From Patescibacteria group bacterium (GTDB taxonomy: Bacteria; Patescibacteriota; Patescibacteriia; SG8-24; DYFX01), in the NCBI GenBank assembly GCA_038062835.1, contig JBBTWH010000006.1:60-64059 (forward strand): DNA of 64,000 nucleotides, given 5' to 3'. Below, piece after piece: positions 16,069-25,431 of this stretch. The first letter of the stretch is position 1. Each line of letters starts with the position of its first letter. Position numbers and translations under genes: made by a program. The notes beneath the pieces are model-generated. The model saw only the letters and a program-made list of their open reading frames with translations. It was not told where the DNA came from and ran no database searches.

Positions 16069-18750
16069 TCACGTCACGGCAAGGGCCGCAACGATCTTCT
16101 TCAGCTCCTCGCGCTTCTCGGCGAGCATCGCGCGGGTCTTATCGACGATGCCCTTGGGCGCGTTGTCGGTGTAGCCGCGGTTGCCGAGCTTGGCTTCGAG
16201 GGACTTCACGAACCCTTCGAGGTTCGCCTTCTCCTTCTCGAGGCGCGCTTTCTCTTTGGCCGGGTCGACCATGCCGGCGAGCGGCAGGCAGGCTTCGATG
16301 CCGCCGACCATGGCGGAAGCCGCGTCCTTGGGCTTCTCCCCCTTCGCAACGATGGTCAGGGTCTCGATGCGCGCGAGCGTGCGGATGACGTCGGAGTTCT
16401 CCTTCAGCAGCTTCGCCTTGGTGCCGGCGATGAGCGTCGCGTCGACGCGTTTGGCGGGCTCCACCTTGTACTCGCTGCGGACGTTGCGGATAGCGCCGAT
16501 CACCTCGCGAATCAGGTCAAAATCTCTTGAGCGCTGGGCCCCGGCCTCCGCCGGGGTGACAACGCGAGGCCAGGACTCGATCATCAGGAACTTCTTGCCC
16601 TTGGCGTTGCCGGCGAGGAGGTCCCAGATGGCTTCCGTCACGAACGGCATGTAGGGATGCCAGAGCTTCAGCACGTTTTCCAGAACGTGGAGCAGGACTT
16701 TTTCGGTGGAAGCCTTGAGCTTCGTATCCTGCATCTGGATCTTGGCGATCTCGAGGTACCAATCGGCGAGCTCGGTCCAGGAGAAGTCGCGGAGCAGTTC
16801 GCCCGCGGGCGAGAACTCGTATTTCTCGATGTGAGCGGAGGCCTGCGCCGTGACGGCTTCGAGGCGCGCGAGGATCCAGCGGTCGGCGAGCGTCTTCGGC
16901 GTCGGCTTCTTGGATTCGCGGCGGACTTTCGAAACGCTCGTGAGGATGAAGCGCGAGACGTTCCAGAGCTTGTTGGTGAAGTTGCGGTAGCCGGCGATCT
17001 TCTCGTCCCAGACCTTGGCGTCGGCGCCGGGTGCCGTGCCGAGCACGAGCGAAAGGCGTACGGCGTCGGTGCCGTACTTCGGGATGACGTCGAGCGGGTC
17101 GAGCACGTTGCCGAGCGACTTCGACATCTTCCTCCCCTGCTCGTCGCGGACGAGGCCGTGGAGGTAGACCGTCTTGAACGGCACCTGTTTCATGACGTAC
17201 GTCGTCATCAGGATCATGCGCGCCACCCAGAAGAACAGGATGTCGTAGCCCGTCTCGAGCACGTCGGTCGGATGGAAACGCTTCAGGTCCGGCGTCTTCT
17301 TCGGCCAGCCGAGCGTGGTGAACGTCCAGGTGCCGGACGAGAACCAGGTGTCGAAGGTGTCGCTGTCCTGCGTCAGTCGCTTGGAACCGCAGCCTTTCGC
17401 GCCACAGACCTTCGGCACCGTGCGGGCGACGGTCACGTGGCGGTCGGGGCAATACCAGGCCGGGATGCGGTGGCCGAACCAGATCTGGCGCGAGACGCAC
17501 CAGTCGCGCAGGTTCTCCATCCAGTGGTAGTAGACCTTCTCGAAGCGCTCCGGGATGATCTTCACCCCGCCCTTCCTCACGGCGTCGAGCGAGAGTTCCT
17601 TGAGCGACTTGCCACGGCCCGGGATTTTCTTGTTCACGTCGACGAACCACTGGAGCGACGTGAGCGGCTCGATGGCGGTCGCGCATCGATAGCAGGCGGA
17701 GAGGTTGTTGGTGAGTTCCTCGACCTTCTCGATGAGGCCTTGGGCTTCCAGGTCCTTCACGAAGGCGTGGCGCGCTTCGAGCACGGTCATGCCCTTGTAC
17801 TTGCCGGCGGTCTCGAGCATGCGGCCGTCCTCGCCGATGACCTTGATGACGGAGAGCTTGTTCTTCTCGGCCATGCGGAAGTCGACGGCGGAGTGCGCAG
17901 GCGTGACGCCGACCAGGCCCGAACCGAAATTCGCGTCGACTTCGTGGTCGCCGATGACGCGGATGGTGAGAGGCTTCGTGCCCTTGCCCCAGTCCAGCTC
18001 GAAGGACTTTCCGATCCACTTCTTGTAGCGCTCATCGGAAGGGTTGGCGGCCACGGCGGTGTCGCCGAGTTTCGTCTCGGGTCGCGTGGTGGCGACGCTG
18101 AAAGGGCCGTACTTCAGGAAGTACAGCTTGGCTTTCTGTTCCTTATATTCCACCTCGTCGTCAGCAAGCGTCGAGGTGCAGCGCACGCACCAGTTCACGA
18201 CGCGCTCGCCGCGATAGACGAGGCCGTCCTCGTACATGCGGTTGAATATCTCGATGACCGCCTCGGAACGCGGCGCGTCGAGCGTGTAGGCCTCGCGCGA
18301 CCAGTCGATGGACGAGCCCATCTTGCGGATCTGGTTGCGGATGCGGTCACGGGACTTTTCCACGAATTCATCAACCCGGCGCAAGAACTCCGTGCGGCCG
18401 AGGTCGTGCCTGGATTTTTTCTCTTGCTCCTGGATGTTCTTCTCGACGCGCGTTTGCGTGGCGATGGAGGCGTGGTCCGTGCCGGGCAACCAGAGCGCCG
18501 CGAAGCCGCGCATGCGCTTGTAGCGGATCATAAGGTCCTGAAGCGCCAGCATGGTCGCATGTCCGACGTGCAACGCTCCGGTCGCGTTGGGCGGAGGCAG
18601 GACGATGGTGAACGGTTTCTTCTTTTTGCCGCCCGGCAGCTTGTCCGGGTCGAAATAGCCGCTTTTCTCCCAACGCGCGTAAATCCCATCCTCCACCTGG
18701 GAGGCGTCGTAGGCTTTGGCGAGTTCGGGCTTTTTCGGACCGCGCAGCAT
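16069..18750 (-). CDS. valS: valine--tRNA ligase
   Basis: PPPNATGALHVGH, DWCVSRQIWFGH, KMSKS, C-terminal coiled coil; start approximate. Confidence 0.97.
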   Translation of the reverse strand: MLRGPKKPELAKAYDASQVEDGIYARWEKSGYFDPDKLPGGKKKKPFTIVLPPPNATGALHVGHATMLALQDLMIRYKRMRGFAALWLPGTDHASIATQTRVEKNIQEQEKKSRHDLGRTEFLRRVDEFVEKSRDRIRNQIRKMGSSIDWSREAYTLDAPRSEAVIEIFNRMYEDGLVYRGERVVNWCVRCTSTLADDEVEYKEQKAKLYFLKYGPFSVATTRPETKLGDTAVAANPSDERYKKWIGKSFELDWGKGTKPLTIRVIGDHEVDANFGSGLVGVTPAHSAVDFRMAEKNKLSVIKVIGEDGRMLETAGKYKGMTVLEARHAFVKDLEAQGLIEKVEELTNNLSACYRCATAIEPLTSLQWFVDVNKKIPGRGKSLKELSLDAVRKGGVKIIPERFEKVYYHWMENLRDWCVSRQIWFGHRIPAWYCPDRHVTVARTVPKVCGAKGCGSKRLTQDSDTFDTWFSSGTWTFTTLGWPKKTPDLKRFHPTDVLETGYDILFFWVARMILMTTYVMKQVPFKTVYLHGLVRDEQGRKMSKSLGNVLDPLDVIPKYGTDAVRLSLVLGTAPGADAKVWDEKIAGYRNFTNKLWNVSRFILTSVSKVRRESKKPTPKTLADRWILARLEAVTAQASAHIEKYEFSPAGELLRDFSWTELADWYLEIAKIQMQDTKLKASTEKVLLHVLENVLKLWHPYMPFVTEAIWDLLAGNAKGKKFLMIESWPRVVTPAEAGAQRSRDFDLIREVIGAIRNVRSEYKVEPAKRVDATLIAGTKAKLLKENSDVIRTLARIETLTIVAKGEKPKDAASAMVGGIEACLPLAGMVDPAKEKARLEKEKANLEGFVKSLEAKLGNRGYTDNAPKGIVDKTRAMLAEKREELKKIVAALAVT

Positions 18751-18896
18751 ATGAGGCATCCTAGCGCGACGGAGCGCACGCTTCAAGCGTGGGAGCGTGT
18801 CGTCGTGGAACCGGTTATCGACGCGTGAATTCCGGAAAAAGCAGAAGGGACCCTGGAGAGGGTCCCTGGAAGGGGGTCGTGCGGGGTGGTTCAGAG

Positions 18897-19340
18897 CTAA
18901 TGGCGGAGCAGATTGACGCAGTCGGGGATGCCGTCGGCAGGGTTCACGTCCTTCGCCCAACCGAGCCGGTTGGCGAAGATGTACCGAATGCCGGGGCTGA
19001 CCCCGTACTGCTGCTCGTAGGTCCTATCCCCGCCCATACAGGCGATGATCTGACTGGCGTTGCAGCCGTCGGCCGTCGTCGTGCCGTCGCCCAGGCGGTT
19101 CGGACGAAGCGTTCCGCTGGTCGGGACCGGCCCGTTCAGGTCGGTGCCGAGGCAGACGTCGGTGAGGGCGGCGGCGGCGGTGGCGGTGGCGAATATGAAG
19201 CGGTCACAGACGTCCACGAGGATACGGACGGAGACGGCCAAGAGCGTGCCGAGGGCGGCTCCAACCGCCATCGCCGCCATCACCCTGAGCACGTGCACGT
19301 GGGGACGGTCGGGAATCTCGACGGACTTGCGAAGGATCAT
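18897..19340 (-). CDS. hypothetical membrane/secreted Cys-containing protein
   Basis: SD AGAGGAG; upstream TTGACA promoter; TM segment. Confidence 0.55.
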   Translation of the reverse strand: MILRKSVEIPDRPHVHVLRVMAAMAVGAALGTLLAVSVRILVDVCDRFIFATATAAAALTDVCLGTDLNGPVPTSGTLRPNRLGDGTTTADGCNASQIIACMGGDRTYEQQYGVSPGIRYIFANRLGWAKDVNPADGIPDCVNLLRH

Positions 19341-19545
19341 CGGAAATCTCCTCTTGTTCGGACGTTGGACGATCGATTTTCCCTCTCGAACCCCTGAACA
19401 TGGTCATGGTCTCGAGATGAAGCCAGCACCATAGCAGATTCTCAGATGCCTGTCAATACGGACATGGAGCGCACGGTCCTTGACAAAGAGCCGTTTTTCG
19501 TATATGGTCGAGCGTTCGTGCCTGTCGCAGGCAAGGGAGGAATAC

Positions 19546-20187
19546 ATGCAAACCCGTTCAGCCAACCGCTTCGTCTACGCGACGCTCATCGACCTCGGCT
19601 TCGATCCCAATGACCCGGAAATCCTGCTCGAAACGGGCTTGGATCATCCGGTCGATTGGGACGCCGTCGACGCCGAAGGAGGCGTCATCTGCAAGCGCCT
19701 GGACTTCGTCCTGACCGTCGATCACGCCAGATTCGGCGGCGAACCCATCGGCATCCACTTCGTCTACTCGCGCGTCGTGCGCGACCATGGCGTGCACGGC
19801 GGCCTGTACGTCTACGCGCTCGGGCTGCGCCCGACGCGCGACAAGGACGGGCGCGATTGCGACCGCCTCGCGCTCGAGACGGCCGTGAACGAATCCCGCA
19901 ACGTGCGCGGCCGCAGCTGGTGCGCCGACATCGGGCAGGTGAAGATCTCATGGCGCCATGCCCCGAAGGACGTCATCTGCGTCGACAACGGCGCCTTCGA
20001 GCCCGAAGCGCCCGACGCGGAGAAGCCTCGCGCCACGGAAGACGAGATCATGCGCGCCTGCGCGGACTTCGACTCATTCTGCGACGGCATCGAAGCGCCT
20101 GAGCTCGTGACGATCCCGCTCGACGAGCGCAGCATCGAGTTCGACATCGATTTCGCCCACGCGCTATCGACAGATCCTCCGCCTTGA
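19546..20187 (+). CDS. hypothetical protein
   Basis: SD GGGAGG; TTGACA promoter at 19480. Confidence 0.7.
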   Translation: MQTRSANRFVYATLIDLGFDPNDPEILLETGLDHPVDWDAVDAEGGVICKRLDFVLTVDHARFGGEPIGIHFVYSRVVRDHGVHGGLYVYALGLRPTRDKDGRDCDRLALETAVNESRNVRGRSWCADIGQVKISWRHAPKDVICVDNGAFEPEAPDAEKPRATEDEIMRACADFDSFCDGIEAPELVTIPLDERSIEFDIDFAHALSTDPPP

Positions 20188-20287
20188 ACGCGAAGCCCCG
20201 ACCTTCATCTCGAAGGCGGGGCGTTTTTAATATGGGACGGCCGATAAAAAACCGCCCCGACGTACGTCCGGGCGGTCTTTTCTTTCC

Positions 20288-21046
20288 TTACTGGAGCATC
20301 GAGTCGACGATCTGCTTCACGGACTCGTACGGGAGGGCGCCCGGGATGAGCTCCTGCTCGCCGTTCGGACCGAGCACGATCGAGCCGGGGGTGCCGGTCA
20401 CGCCCGCCGCTTCGCCGCCGGCCAGGTCGGAGGCGACGCGCGCGGCGTACTTGCCGGAGGCGACGCAGTCGTTGAACTTCTTGATGTCCTTCACGCCGGC
20501 TTCCTGCGCGAGACCGGCAAGCTGGGCCACGGCGAGGCCGGAAGCCTGCTTCTCGAACATCTTGTCGGTCATCTCCCAGAACTTGCCCTGCTCAGAGGCG
20601 CACTCGGCGGCTTCGGCGGCCTTCTGCGCGTCAGGATGGATCGAGGTGAGCGGGAAGTGGCGGAAGACCCAGCGGACCTTGCCCTTATACTCGCTCATCA
20701 GCTGGACGAGCGTCGGGTGGAAACGCGAGCAGAACGGGCACTGGTAGTCGGAGTATTCGACGATGGTGATATCGGCGTTCTTGTCGCCGCGGATGTGGTC
20801 CTGGTCGGTGACCGGCGCGACGGGGCCGGCGGTCGGCTCGCCGCCGAGCGACGGGTCGGTCGGGGCGGAGGGCTGCGTCGGGGCGCCGACGCGCGCCGAA
20901 CCTGAGAACCAGCCGGAGGAGTCGACGCCCTTGGCGACCATCATGACGAAACCGAGCGCGGCAATGGCGAGGACGCCGGCAGCGACGCCCGCGAGGAATA
21001 TCTGCTTGGCGGTGAGCTGCATCGAGAACTTAGATTCGTTGTCCAT
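20288..21046 (-). CDS. DsbA family thioredoxin-fold protein
   Basis: EYSDYQCPFC, RHFPL, GVTGTP. Confidence 0.92.
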   Translation of the reverse strand: MDNESKFSMQLTAKQIFLAGVAAGVLAIAALGFVMMVAKGVDSSGWFSGSARVGAPTQPSAPTDPSLGGEPTAGPVAPVTDQDHIRGDKNADITIVEYSDYQCPFCSRFHPTLVQLMSEYKGKVRWVFRHFPLTSIHPDAQKAAEAAECASEQGKFWEMTDKMFEKQASGLAVAQLAGLAQEAGVKDIKKFNDCVASGKYAARVASDLAGGEAAGVTGTPGSIVLGPNGEQELIPGALPYESVKQIVDSMLQ

Positions 21047-21088
21047 ATTATAGGTGAATGGATAGAGGCGTGCGCGTCACGCAAGCCT

Positions 21089-21454
21089 CTAGGCGTCGCG
21101 AAGCGCGGCGAAAGCGGGAAGCCTCGGCGGATCTTCCGTGACGAACGGCAGCGTGCCGGTCATGGCGCGTATGGAGCCGCGTAGCCGCGCGTGCGCGGCC
21201 GCGAGGACGGCGCGGACAAGGACGCTCGCTGCGAAGATCGCCGGCAGAGCGACCGGGAACCGGGAGACGCCTTCCGCCGGCAGCAGCTCGAGCTTCGACA
21301 GGTCGGCCTGAGCCTTGAACATCTTATGTTCCTGGCACGAGAGCGGCGCGGCGACCGAGCTGAAGAAGCCTGGATCGGCCGTCAGGCACGGCATGACCAG
21401 GAAGGACGCGACCAGCAGGAAGAGGAAGGCGCCGAGCACGGCCTTGGCCAGCAT
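21089..21454 (-). CDS. hypothetical membrane protein (possible leader of the DsbA gene)
   Basis: Two hydrophobic segments, Cys/His, C-terminal PPR. Confidence 0.55.
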   Translation of the reverse strand: MLAKAVLGAFLFLLVASFLVMPCLTADPGFFSSVAAPLSCQEHKMFKAQADLSKLELLPAEGVSRFPVALPAIFAASVLVRAVLAAAHARLRGSIRAMTGTLPFVTEDPPRLPAFAALRDA

Positions 21455-21532
21455 CCTGACATTCCCATCATGTGGATGAATCCCCATATGCCACGTCAGT
21501 ATACATGACGACGGCCAACGCGGCCTTTTTCA

Positions 21533-23620
21533 TCAGGAAACGAGGCTCTTGCGACGCAGGGAGATGGCGTTGACCGCTACGATGACGGTGCTCATCGACA
21601 TGAGAAGGGCGGCGAGCGCCGGTTGGAGCAGGATGCCGCGGTATGCCAGGACGCCAGCCGCGAGCGGCAGGGCCACGACGTTGTAGCCGGTGGCCCAAAA
21701 GAGGTTCTGGATCATCTTGGCGTACGTCAGGCGCGAAAGCCGGATGACCTTCGGGATGTCGCGGGGATCGTCCTTGAACAGGATGATGCCGGCCGACTCG
21801 ATGGCGACGTTGGTGCCCGCGCCGATGGCGATGCCGAGGTCGGCCTGCGTGAGCGCGGGCGCGTCGTTGATGCCGTCCCCCACCATCGCGACCTTCATCC
21901 CTTTCCCTTGGAGCAGCTTGACCTTCTCCGCCTTCTCCTCCGGCAGGACGCGCGCGAAGACCTCGTCGATGCCGAGTTCCTTGCCGACCCAAGCCGCGAC
22001 GTCCTCCGAATCGCCGGTGACCATGGCGACCTTGATGCCCATGCCCTTGAGGAGCTTCACCGCTTCGCGGGATTCCTCCCGGATGACGTCCGAAAGCGCG
22101 ATGGCGCCCAAGACGGCATCGCCTTCAAGGACGTACACGATGGTCTTGCCCTTCCGGCTTTCCTCCTCGAGGCCTTCCATCCGCCTCACGGGTTCGCGCA
22201 TGGAAGCGCCGAGAGCCGTCGAGCCGCCGACCGCGATGGCGCGCCCTCCGACCGTCGCCTTCACGCCTTTGCCGGGCACGCGTGCGAAACCTTCCGCCGA
22301 CGGGATCGCGATTCCTTTCTCCATCGCCGCGGCGACGATCGCCCTGGCGGCGACGTGTTCCGACGATGCGTCGACGGCGGCGGCGAGCGTGAGGACGTCG
22401 TCCTCCTTACCCGTCTCGGCCGCCCAGACGCGGTCGACGCCGTACTCCCCCTTCGTCAGCGTCCCGGTCTTGTCGAAGAGCACGACATCGACGTCGCGCG
22501 CGGCCTCGAGCGCCAACCTCTGCTTGATCAGGAAGCCGCTCTTGGCGGCCATCATGGTCGAGATGGAAGCGACGAGCGGCACGGCCAGGCCGAGGGCGTG
22601 CGGACAGGCGATGACCAGCACCGCGACCATGCGTTCGACGGCGACGGCCGGCGTCGCGGAAGCCAGCCAGGCGGCCAGCGTGACGAGGCCCGCGCCGACG
22701 GCCACGTACGTCAGGACCATGGCGGCGCGGTCCGAAAGCATCTGCAGCTTCGATTTCGACGCCTGCGCCTCGGCGACCAAACGCATCACGCCGGCCAGGA
22801 AGGTCTTCTCGCCGACGCCGATCACGCGGACCGTCAGGGCGCCGTCGCCGTTCACGGTCCCGGCGATGACGCGCGCGCCCTTGCCTTTCCGGACCGGGCG
22901 CGATTCTCCGGAGACCGCCGCCTCGTTGACGTCGGACTCGCCGTCCTCGACCTCGCCGTCGGCGGCGATCTGGCCGCCGGGACGCGCGATGAAACGGTCG
23001 CCTTCGCGGAGGTCCGAAAGCGGGATCTTCGCCGTCACGACACCACGCATGACTTCGACCTCGTCGGGCAGGAGCTTGGCGAGTTCCTTGAGCGCCCCGC
23101 TGGTACTGCTGACCGCCCGCATCTCGAGCCAATGGCCGAGCAGCATGACGGTGATGAGCGTCGTCAGTTCCCAGTAGAGCGTCTCCATGCCGCCCGTGAG
23201 GGTCATCCAGAGGCTGAAGGCGTAGGCGGCGATCACGGCCAGCGAGATGAGCGTCATCATGCCGGGCTTCCGGCCGCGCAGTTCGCGGGCGGCGCCGATC
23301 AGGAAGACCCAGCCGCCGTAGAAGAAGACGGCCGAGGCGAGGACGGCCGGGACATAGGCCGAACCGGAAAAAGCCGGCGGCCGCCAGCTGGAGAGCGTCG
23401 GGACGATCTCCGAATACAGCACGACCGGCACGGTCAGGACCAAGCTGACCCAGAACTTCCGCGCGAACATCATCGTCGAGTGGCCTTCGTGCTTGTCTGC
23501 CGCGGCATGCGCGTCATGCGTCTTCTTCTCCTTCACGGGCACGAGCTCCATCCCGCATTCGGGACAGCGGCCTTCGCGGTCGCGTCGGACTTCGGGATGC
23601 ATCGGGCAGGCGTAGGTCAT
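21533..23620 (-). CDS. copper-translocating P1B ATPase (CPH type, CopB-like)
   Basis: YACPMHP metal domain, [21 protein letters not shown]. Confidence 0.93.
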   Translation of the reverse strand: MTYACPMHPEVRRDREGRCPECGMELVPVKEKKTHDAHAAADKHEGHSTMMFARKFWVSLVLTVPVVLYSEIVPTLSSWRPPAFSGSAYVPAVLASAVFFYGGWVFLIGAARELRGRKPGMMTLISLAVIAAYAFSLWMTLTGGMETLYWELTTLITVMLLGHWLEMRAVSSTSGALKELAKLLPDEVEVMRGVVTAKIPLSDLREGDRFIARPGGQIAADGEVEDGESDVNEAAVSGESRPVRKGKGARVIAGTVNGDGALTVRVIGVGEKTFLAGVMRLVAEAQASKSKLQMLSDRAAMVLTYVAVGAGLVTLAAWLASATPAVAVERMVAVLVIACPHALGLAVPLVASISTMMAAKSGFLIKQRLALEAARDVDVVLFDKTGTLTKGEYGVDRVWAAETGKEDDVLTLAAAVDASSEHVAARAIVAAAMEKGIAIPSAEGFARVPGKGVKATVGGRAIAVGGSTALGASMREPVRRMEGLEEESRKGKTIVYVLEGDAVLGAIALSDVIREESREAVKLLKGMGIKVAMVTGDSEDVAAWVGKELGIDEVFARVLPEEKAEKVKLLQGKGMKVAMVGDGINDAPALTQADLGIAIGAGTNVAIESAGIILFKDDPRDIPKVIRLSRLTYAKMIQNLFWATGYNVVALPLAAGVLAYRGILLQPALAALLMSMSTVIVAVNAISLRRKSLVS

Positions 23621-23666
23621 ATGCTGGAAGTATAGCAAAACCCGCCGTGAGGCGGGTTTTGCGGCA

Positions 23667-23870
23667 TCATTGGCCCTTATTGTCGACGCCGAGCGCGTCG
23701 TGGATCCAGCACCAGCCGAGGAAGGCCTCGACGAGCGCGATCCAGCCGATGACGAAGATTCCCCAGTCGGCCCAGGCATACGGATAGTCCGGCGCCCACG
23801 GACCGAGCCACCAGAACGCCAGCGCGAACCTCAGGATACGATCCAACTTGCCGAGATTGTTCTTGATCAT
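23667..23870 (-). CDS. DUF2892 (YgaP-like) membrane protein
   Basis: NLGKLDRILR...GWC. Confidence 0.8.
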   Translation of the reverse strand: MIKNNLGKLDRILRFALAFWWLGPWAPDYPYAWADWGIFVIGWIALVEAFLGWCWIHDALGVDNKGQ

Positions 23871-23890
23871 GCGTGCGGATGAAAAATTAT

Positions 23891-25420
23891 TTATTCCTCG
23901 ACGCGGATCTTGGTCATGAGGCCATGCTCCTCATGCTCAAGATTGTGGCAGTGCAGGACCCAGTCGCCCGGGTTGTCGGCCAGGACCGCGACGTCGACGG
24001 ACTCGTTCGGACGGACGACGACCGTGTCCTGACGATAGGCCTGCCCGACCGGCGAACCGTCCCGGGCGATCACCGTCATGAACATGCCGTGCAGATGCAT
24101 CTGATGCGACATCGGCGTGCCGTTCATGAATCTGATCTTGACCCAGGTGCCTCGGCTGAATCGCGCGAGCGGCTGACCGGGATCCTCCATGTCGAACGGG
24201 ACGCCGTTGATCGTCCAGGTCGTCGGGTCCATCATCCGGTCGGTCCCGACCGCGACGACGGCGTCAGGCGCGCGCTTCGAGAGGTCCAGGGGCGCGGGCG
24301 CGTCGGAGACGAACACGGGTTCCGCTCCGGCTTGACCGAAGACGTTCACGGGGATGCGCAGGCTTCCCGTCTCGCGTTTCTCGACGAGCGCCCACGGCTT
24401 GCCGTCCCCGTCGCGCAGGAGCACGTCGAAGCGCTTGGCGGGCGTGAGCGTCAGCGTGCCGGTCCGGACGGGCTTCGCGAGCGGCGTGCCGTCGACCGCG
24501 ACGATCTCCAGCAGGCGGCCGTCGTCGGCCTTCAGCTCATGCGCCATCGCGTTCGAGGCGTTGATGAGCCGCAGGAGGCGCGTCCCGCCTTCCGGCACGG
24601 TGATCGGCGCGACGGCGTCTCCGGCCTTGCCGTTCGCCGTGAGCGTGTCGCCGTAGCGTCCGTTGATCTCCGGCGCGAAGCCATGGTCCATCATCCCCTC
24701 GTGCTGCATCCCGCCCATCATCATGCCGTTCGGCATCATGTGCCGTGCCCCGCCGGTCGGAGGGCGCGTCGCTTCGGAGACGGAATCGAGCAGGTTGTCG
24801 GTCTCCGATTCCTGGTACGTGTACTTCGTGGCCAGCCGTTTGCCGGAAGCGTCGAGCAGCCAGTCATCGAGCGCTACGACGGCGTCGGGGACCGCGCCCT
24901 CCGCGGGTTCGACGATGAACGGGCCGTACAGGCCTCGGTCGACCTGGTCGTCCGTGTCCACGTGCGAGTGATAGAAGAACGTGCCGGCGTCGGGGACGAT
25001 GAAGTCGTAGACGAACGAGCCGCCCGGCGGGACGGGATCCTGGCTCACGTACGGCACGCCGTCCATGCCGGCGGGCACGCGTACGCCGTGCCAATGGATG
25101 GTCGTCGGTTCATCGAGTTTGTTGACGAGCGTCACCTTCACTCGGTCGCCTCGCTTCAGGCGGATTTCCGGACCAGGAATCTGACCGTTGTAGGCGTAGG
25201 CATCGGTGGTGAAGCCTGGACGCAGCTCCCATCGCACGGGCGCGGCCGTCAGTTCGTAGGTGCGCGTCTCGCCTGTCGCCTGGACCTGCGGCCCCGATGC
25301 CGCCGGGGATTCCGGCGGCGGGGCGGGGCGGCGGAAGGCGAAGGCTGAAATCGCGATCAGCGCGACGCAAGCGAGCATGTGCCAATGGTAGCCGTGTCTT
25401 TTCATGGGAGCGTGACTCAT
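23891..25420 (-). CDS. multicopper oxidase
   Basis: IHWHG, FYHSH, HQMHLHG, HCHNLEHEEHGLM. Confidence 0.93.
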   Translation of the reverse strand: MSHAPMKRHGYHWHMLACVALIAISAFAFRRPAPPPESPAASGPQVQATGETRTYELTAAPVRWELRPGFTTDAYAYNGQIPGPEIRLKRGDRVKVTLVNKLDEPTTIHWHGVRVPAGMDGVPYVSQDPVPPGGSFVYDFIVPDAGTFFYHSHVDTDDQVDRGLYGPFIVEPAEGAVPDAVVALDDWLLDASGKRLATKYTYQESETDNLLDSVSEATRPPTGGARHMMPNGMMMGGMQHEGMMDHGFAPEINGRYGDTLTANGKAGDAVAPITVPEGGTRLLRLINASNAMAHELKADDGRLLEIVAVDGTPLAKPVRTGTLTLTPAKRFDVLLRDGDGKPWALVEKRETGSLRIPVNVFGQAGAEPVFVSDAPAPLDLSKRAPDAVVAVGTDRMMDPTTWTINGVPFDMEDPGQPLARFSRGTWVKIRFMNGTPMSHQMHLHGMFMTVIARDGSPVGQAYRQDTVVVRPNESVDVAVLADNPGDWVLHCHNLEHEEHGLMTKIRVEE

Positions 25421-25431
25421 GGGAAAAGGGC

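Noticed and set aside
16657-18828. Long opposite-strand ORFs (also 8510-11284, 39098-42139, 45606-47753, 51503-53677)
   Set aside because: High-GC shadow frames antisense to recognisable genes; no motifs of their own
18751-18896. T-box leader upstream of valS (also checked tyrS and trpS)
   Set aside because: No T-box consensus recognised; leaders are short
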